Shown here in pieces: positions 63,319 through 64,000 of a stretch of 64,000 nt of DNA. The translations under genes and the position numbers were made by a program. The notes beneath the pieces are model-generated. The model was not told where the DNA came from. It did not search any database and saw nothing but the letters and a program-made list of their open reading frames with translations. This stretch comes from Heteronotia binoei (Eukaryota): positions 54,188,001-54,252,000 of the forward strand of contig NC_083225.1 of the NCBI RefSeq assembly GCF_032191835.1. Reading direction: 5' to 3'. How positions within the stretch are numbered: position 1 is the stretch's first letter; each line of letters opens with the position of its first letter.

Positions 63319-64000
63319 TAGGGTTACCAAGGCAAAAAACATTCAGAGGTGGTGGTTTGTTGTTTGCATCATGACCCTGGTATTCCTTGGGGGTCATCAA
63401 AATACTAGGCAGAGCCAACCCTGCATACCTTCCAAGATCTGATTAGATTGGGCTAGCCTGGGCTATCCAGGTCAGGGCACACAGTAGGAATCTCCACAAA
63501 TGATTCAACTGCCACTCTCATGCATCCGCAACATGGTTTTATGTAGTCATAGATGGGAGCAGAAGTTAGTATCCAGATTAATCTACATGAGATAAATGTC
63601 TGCCAACTGAGATTCAGTTATGCCAAAGAGAATCCTCTTCAGATGAGCCGCTTCTTGTTCTAGCCAGTATTCTTTTCACACTGATATTACAGTCTTCATA
63701 GCATAATTTATCTGTGATGTGTAGAGGCAGAATTTCCCCTGCTCTTTTGCTTTATGCACATTTCCTTCCTAGTAATTCAAGCTTCTGTTTAAAAAGTGTT
63801 TTTTTAGAGGCTGTTTGTTCATACCATTAGATACAAACACTAGAAGCTGTCAGACCTTTTGGTTAGGGAATTTGTACTCTGTGAGCAAGAGGCTTAGACA
63901 AGCTTTCTCAACAGTCCTTGAGATACTGATAGGGGCAATGAGATCTTATTCTCTCATTGACTGAACAGACTTATTGTCTACACTTATTGTCTACACACAA

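Overview
Vertebrate genomic DNA from a squamate, most likely a gecko (inferred from Sauria, 5S-Sauria and Squam-type SINEs, BovB, CR1/L2 and hAT MITE content). There is one protein-coding gene, LONRF2 (TPR-RING-TPR-RING-LON E3 ligase), on the + strand. It has a CpG-island promoter at ~18.7-20.4 kb and nine coding exons from 19428 to 62379 that join in frame with GT-AG junctions (607 codons); the remaining exons lie beyond the window. The 34.1-kb intron 1 holds three DIRS1-type tyrosine-recombinase (YR) retrotransposons of different families: a near-complete 5.9-kb copy, a 1.63-kb recombinase-only mini element that keeps all its terminal signals, and a 5'-truncated relic. The best leads are a splice-donor-like motif at the DIRS 3' termini, an E-box plus tandem D-box module and two uORFs at the LONRF2 5' end, an intact first RING finger, and a Penelope-type minimal hammerhead ribozyme motif inside an inverted repeat. 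All alignments were done by eye; comparisons to human or zebrafish are recalled and need checking. I cannot demonstrate a wholly new biological system from sequence alone.
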